Below are positions 62,287 to 64,000 of a stretch of DNA of 64,000 nucleotides, piece by piece (position 1 is the first letter of the stretch; every line of letters starts with the position of its first letter). Position numbers and translations under genes: made by a program. The notes under the pieces were generated by a model. That model saw only the letters and a program-made list of their open reading frames with translations, made no database searches and was not told the origin of the DNA. The DNA comes from Nitrososphaeraceae archaeon. GTDB taxonomy: Archaea > Thermoproteota > Nitrososphaeria > Nitrososphaerales > Nitrososphaeraceae. Location of the stretch: assembly GCA_035250685.1 (NCBI GenBank), contig DATFEX010000054.1, positions 3,056-67,055 on the forward strand. Reading direction: 5' to 3'.

Positions 62287-62382
62287 ATGAATAAGAAAAG
62301 CTTGGATCTAAGCATTGTCGACCTAACCACGAAAAAGTCAAAGCGTGAAATAGGCGGCGGAAGTTCTAGTAGCGGCGATTAA
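62287..62382 (+). CDS. 31-aa peptide, copy 1 (candidate RiPP precursor): MNKKSLDLSIVDLTTKKSKREIGGGSSSSGD
   Basis: Manual translation; duplicated at 62534; own TATA box and terminator-like end. Confidence 0.7.
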   Translation: MNKKSLDLSIVDLTTKKSKREIGGGSSSSGD

Positions 62383-62408
62383 GTCGCTACTTTTTTTTGA
62401 TTTTTTTT
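62369..62408 (+). terminator. Hairpin plus oligo-T terminator-like element, copy 1
   Basis: gtagcggc-gattaa-gtcgctac (8 bp with one G-U pair) followed by T8-ga-T8. Confidence 0.7.
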
Positions 62409-62501
62409 GAAATTCACATAATCTGGTTTTTAGTTATGGCTTGAACATGATAATGCTTTAACTTATAGCATTACCATGTGATAGAAAAATCTAAAGTTAG
62501 G

Positions 62502-62512
62502 TTTATATAAAT
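62502..62512 (+). promoter_or_regulatory. Archaeal TATA box of peptide gene copy 2
   Basis: TTTATATAAAT starts 32 nt before the ATG at 62534. Confidence 0.65.
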
Positions 62513-62533
62513 TGGTATTTAATCAGAACTGAA

Positions 62534-62629
62534 ATGAATAAGAAAAGCTTGGATCTAAGCATTGTCGACCTAACCACGAAAAAGTCAAAGCGTGAAATAG
62601 GCGGCGGAAGTTCTAGTAGCGGCAATTAG
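62534..62629 (+). CDS. 31-aa peptide, copy 2 (candidate RiPP precursor): MNKKSLDLSIVDLTTKKSKREIGGGSSSSGN
   Basis: Identical DNA to copy 1 except GAT>AAT (D>N) and TAA>TAG. Confidence 0.7.
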   Translation: MNKKSLDLSIVDLTTKKSKREIGGGSSSSGN

Positions 62630-62654
62630 GTCGCTACTTTTTTTTATTTTTTTT
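62616..62654 (+). terminator. Hairpin plus oligo-T terminator-like element, copy 2
   Basis: gtagcggc-aattag-gtcgctac followed by T8-a-T8. Confidence 0.7.
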
Positions 62655-62861
62655 CGAAATTCACATAAGTTGGTTTTTAGTTTTGGTTTATCGTGAACAT
62701 GATACTTTAACCTTATAACATTACACTCGCATTATGACCGTTAGAAATCTCGATGCCTGCCTGATTTTATTGCATGAGAAATTGCCCTTGCACGCACTGC
62801 AAATTATTATTCCAGTATTAATTTATACAATTCATACTTGTTACTTTTTTGGTAAATATGT

Positions 62862-64000
62862 CTAATAGTATTTCTCTATTGTACTCCTCTTGCACATGCT
62901 ATCTTCTATGAGTGAAGTAATAGTGAACAAATTATCAACTGCTTCGTGGCTAAATTGTGAAGATTGATTCAATATCTGTTGCACTTTATCATGTGACAAG
63001 ACATTTGTTATTTCTTTACAGTCCTGTAATTGAGTTCTTATGCACTGAATTATTTTTGAATCAGTTTCATAGCTGTATGCTCTCTTGTCATAAATTTTTT
63101 TTATGAATCTTCTTAACTTTGGATACTTAAAAGAAAGGAACAAAACGTATTGCAGTATTTTGAACTTCTTTGAGCTGATTGAGCATCCCCAATTGGAAAT
63201 CTTAATTTCTGCGCTTGCTGGAGATAGAGCAATAAAGAATTCTCTGTATAAAGCTAATTTTTCTTTGCTTTTATCTGAACAATTAAAAATATAATCGAAA
63301 AAAGGGACAGAGTAAAACGGAGCAACAGTCCAAAAGTATAGTCTATTTACATCTTCTATTTCAAAACTAAATTTCACGTTATTCTCAAAAAAGAGGAAAT
63401 GTGCCAACTTAAAACTGGGATTCCGTTCAGGATATGATCTCAGAATATTTCTTATTTCCTGTATCAATTCGGGTTTACTTACTTTGGTAACGTCCGAGAT
63501 GATATTGAGCGGAAAACGACCTTTTACATGTATGATCCCCCTAGCACAACTTTCAATGTCCTGGACATCGAACAAAAGATTGGTGAAAGATACGTCGCCA
63601 CCATGACCCGTAAAAAAATTGACAGGAGATGATCCGTACTTTGACTTTAGTACTTCCAGAAATCTGGGCAAGAAACTATGTGCGAGATAAATTAGACCAC
63701 TCTTGGTTCTTAGTAGAGTAAGTAAGTTTTGAGCCGTTGGCAACATAGTATGATAATTCTCCCACTCAACATTCAATTCGTGTGCCAATTTTTCAGCAAT
63801 CTCCGACTCCGATGAATTACCTACAACTGGAGTCCAGTTAGGTTCAGGTGACGTTACAGCTGAGTAGGAGATTTTATTTTCATTCAATCCTGCCGCGACT
63901 GCCCTTGAATCAAGGCCGCCACTTAGAGAGATAACATTCTTTGAGTCTGGGTCTGCTCTATTCTTACACGCTTCAAGAAATAATTTAACTAGTTCTTGTG
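62862..64000 (-). CDS. Asparagine-synthetase-like ATP pyrophosphatase (AsnB C-terminal domain family), 5' end outside the window
   Basis: Frame open to the window edge: ...KNVISLSGGLDSRAVAAGL (PP-loop), FFTGHGGD, VAPFYS. Confidence 0.85.
   Translation of the reverse strand, partial: QELVKLFLEACKNRADPDSKNVISLSGGLDSRAVAAGLNENKISYSAVTSPEPNWTPVVGNSSESEIAEKLAHELNVEWENYHTMLPTAQNLLTLLRTKSGLIYLAHSFLPRFLEVLKSKYGSSPVNFFTGHGGDVSFTNLLFDVQDIESCARGIIHVKGRFPLNIISDVTKVSKPELIQEIRNILRSYPERNPSFKLAHFLFFENNVKFSFEIEDVNRLYFWTVAPFYSVPFFDYIFNCSDKSKEKLALYREFFIALSPASAEIKISNWGCSISSKKFKILQYVLFLSFKYPKLRRFIKKIYDKRAYSYETDSKIIQCIRTQLQDCKEITNVLSHDKVQQILNQSSQFSHEAVDNLFTITSLIEDSMCKRSTIEKYY

Larger units (their letters stand above)
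62287..62725. repeat. Tandem direct repeat of about 190-bp unit, period 247 nt
   Basis: 62287-~62476 versus 62534-~62725; the ORF part is nearly identical while the 3' flank carries indels. Confidence 0.92.

Noticed and set aside
62287-62629. Canonical lasso peptide
   Set aside because: No Thr at -2 of the putative core, no C-terminal tail to thread, no YxxP-type leader motif, and no RRE or peptidase gene inside the window. Kept only as a non-canonical hypothesis.
62287-62725. CRISPR array
   Set aside because: Only two units of about 190 bp with a 247-nt period, no unique spacers between short repeats, and no cas genes.
915-63294. Numerous short ORF-track entries overlapping longer genes on the opposite strand or in another frame (for example 7369..7917, 8918..9232, 10937..11446, 30148..30711, 54271..54666)
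   Set aside because: Shadow ORFs of well-supported genes, with no motifs of their own.
1-64000. rRNA or intact tRNA genes
   Set aside because: No extended GC-rich structural RNA stretch or complete cloverleaf was seen by eye; a covariance-model scan was not run.

Overview
AT-rich archaeal window, most likely from an ammonia-oxidising Nitrososphaerota (Nitrososphaeraceae-like) genome. This placement is an inference from the proteasome alpha subunit, TATA-box promoters and the gene-family repertoire. 1-35 kb is a stress and ion-homeostasis region: 7 universal stress proteins, 3 stand-alone CBS proteins, NRAMP, VIT1/CCC1, CPA2, ClC and APC transporters, class I GAPDH, a fused family I CoA-transferase, an SPFH protein and an isolated psmA lying between 550-bp direct repeats. 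A 57-bp inverted repeat brackets a ribbon-helix-helix-type gene at 26.4-27.8 kb. 21-59 kb carries many secreted or surface proteins: 4 PQQ-type sugar dehydrogenase paralogs, an AlgG-like beta-helix protein, Vgb-like, Kelch and BNR-repeat proteins. 48-64 kb looks like a surface-glycan cluster (epimerase, a 1547-aa membrane protein, two GT2 enzymes). Five genes carry single-base lesions. The most striking unannotated signal is at 62.25-62.73 kb: two tandem 31-aa ORFs (MNKKSLDLSIVDLTTKKSKREIGGGSSSSGD/N), each with a TATA box 32 nt upstream of the ATG and a hairpin plus oligo-T end. They converge on an asparagine-synthetase-like ATP pyrophosphatase gene that runs off the window, making them a candidate archaeal RiPP-like precursor/maturase system (unproven). 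No rRNA, intact tRNA, CRISPR array, integrase or transposase was recognised.
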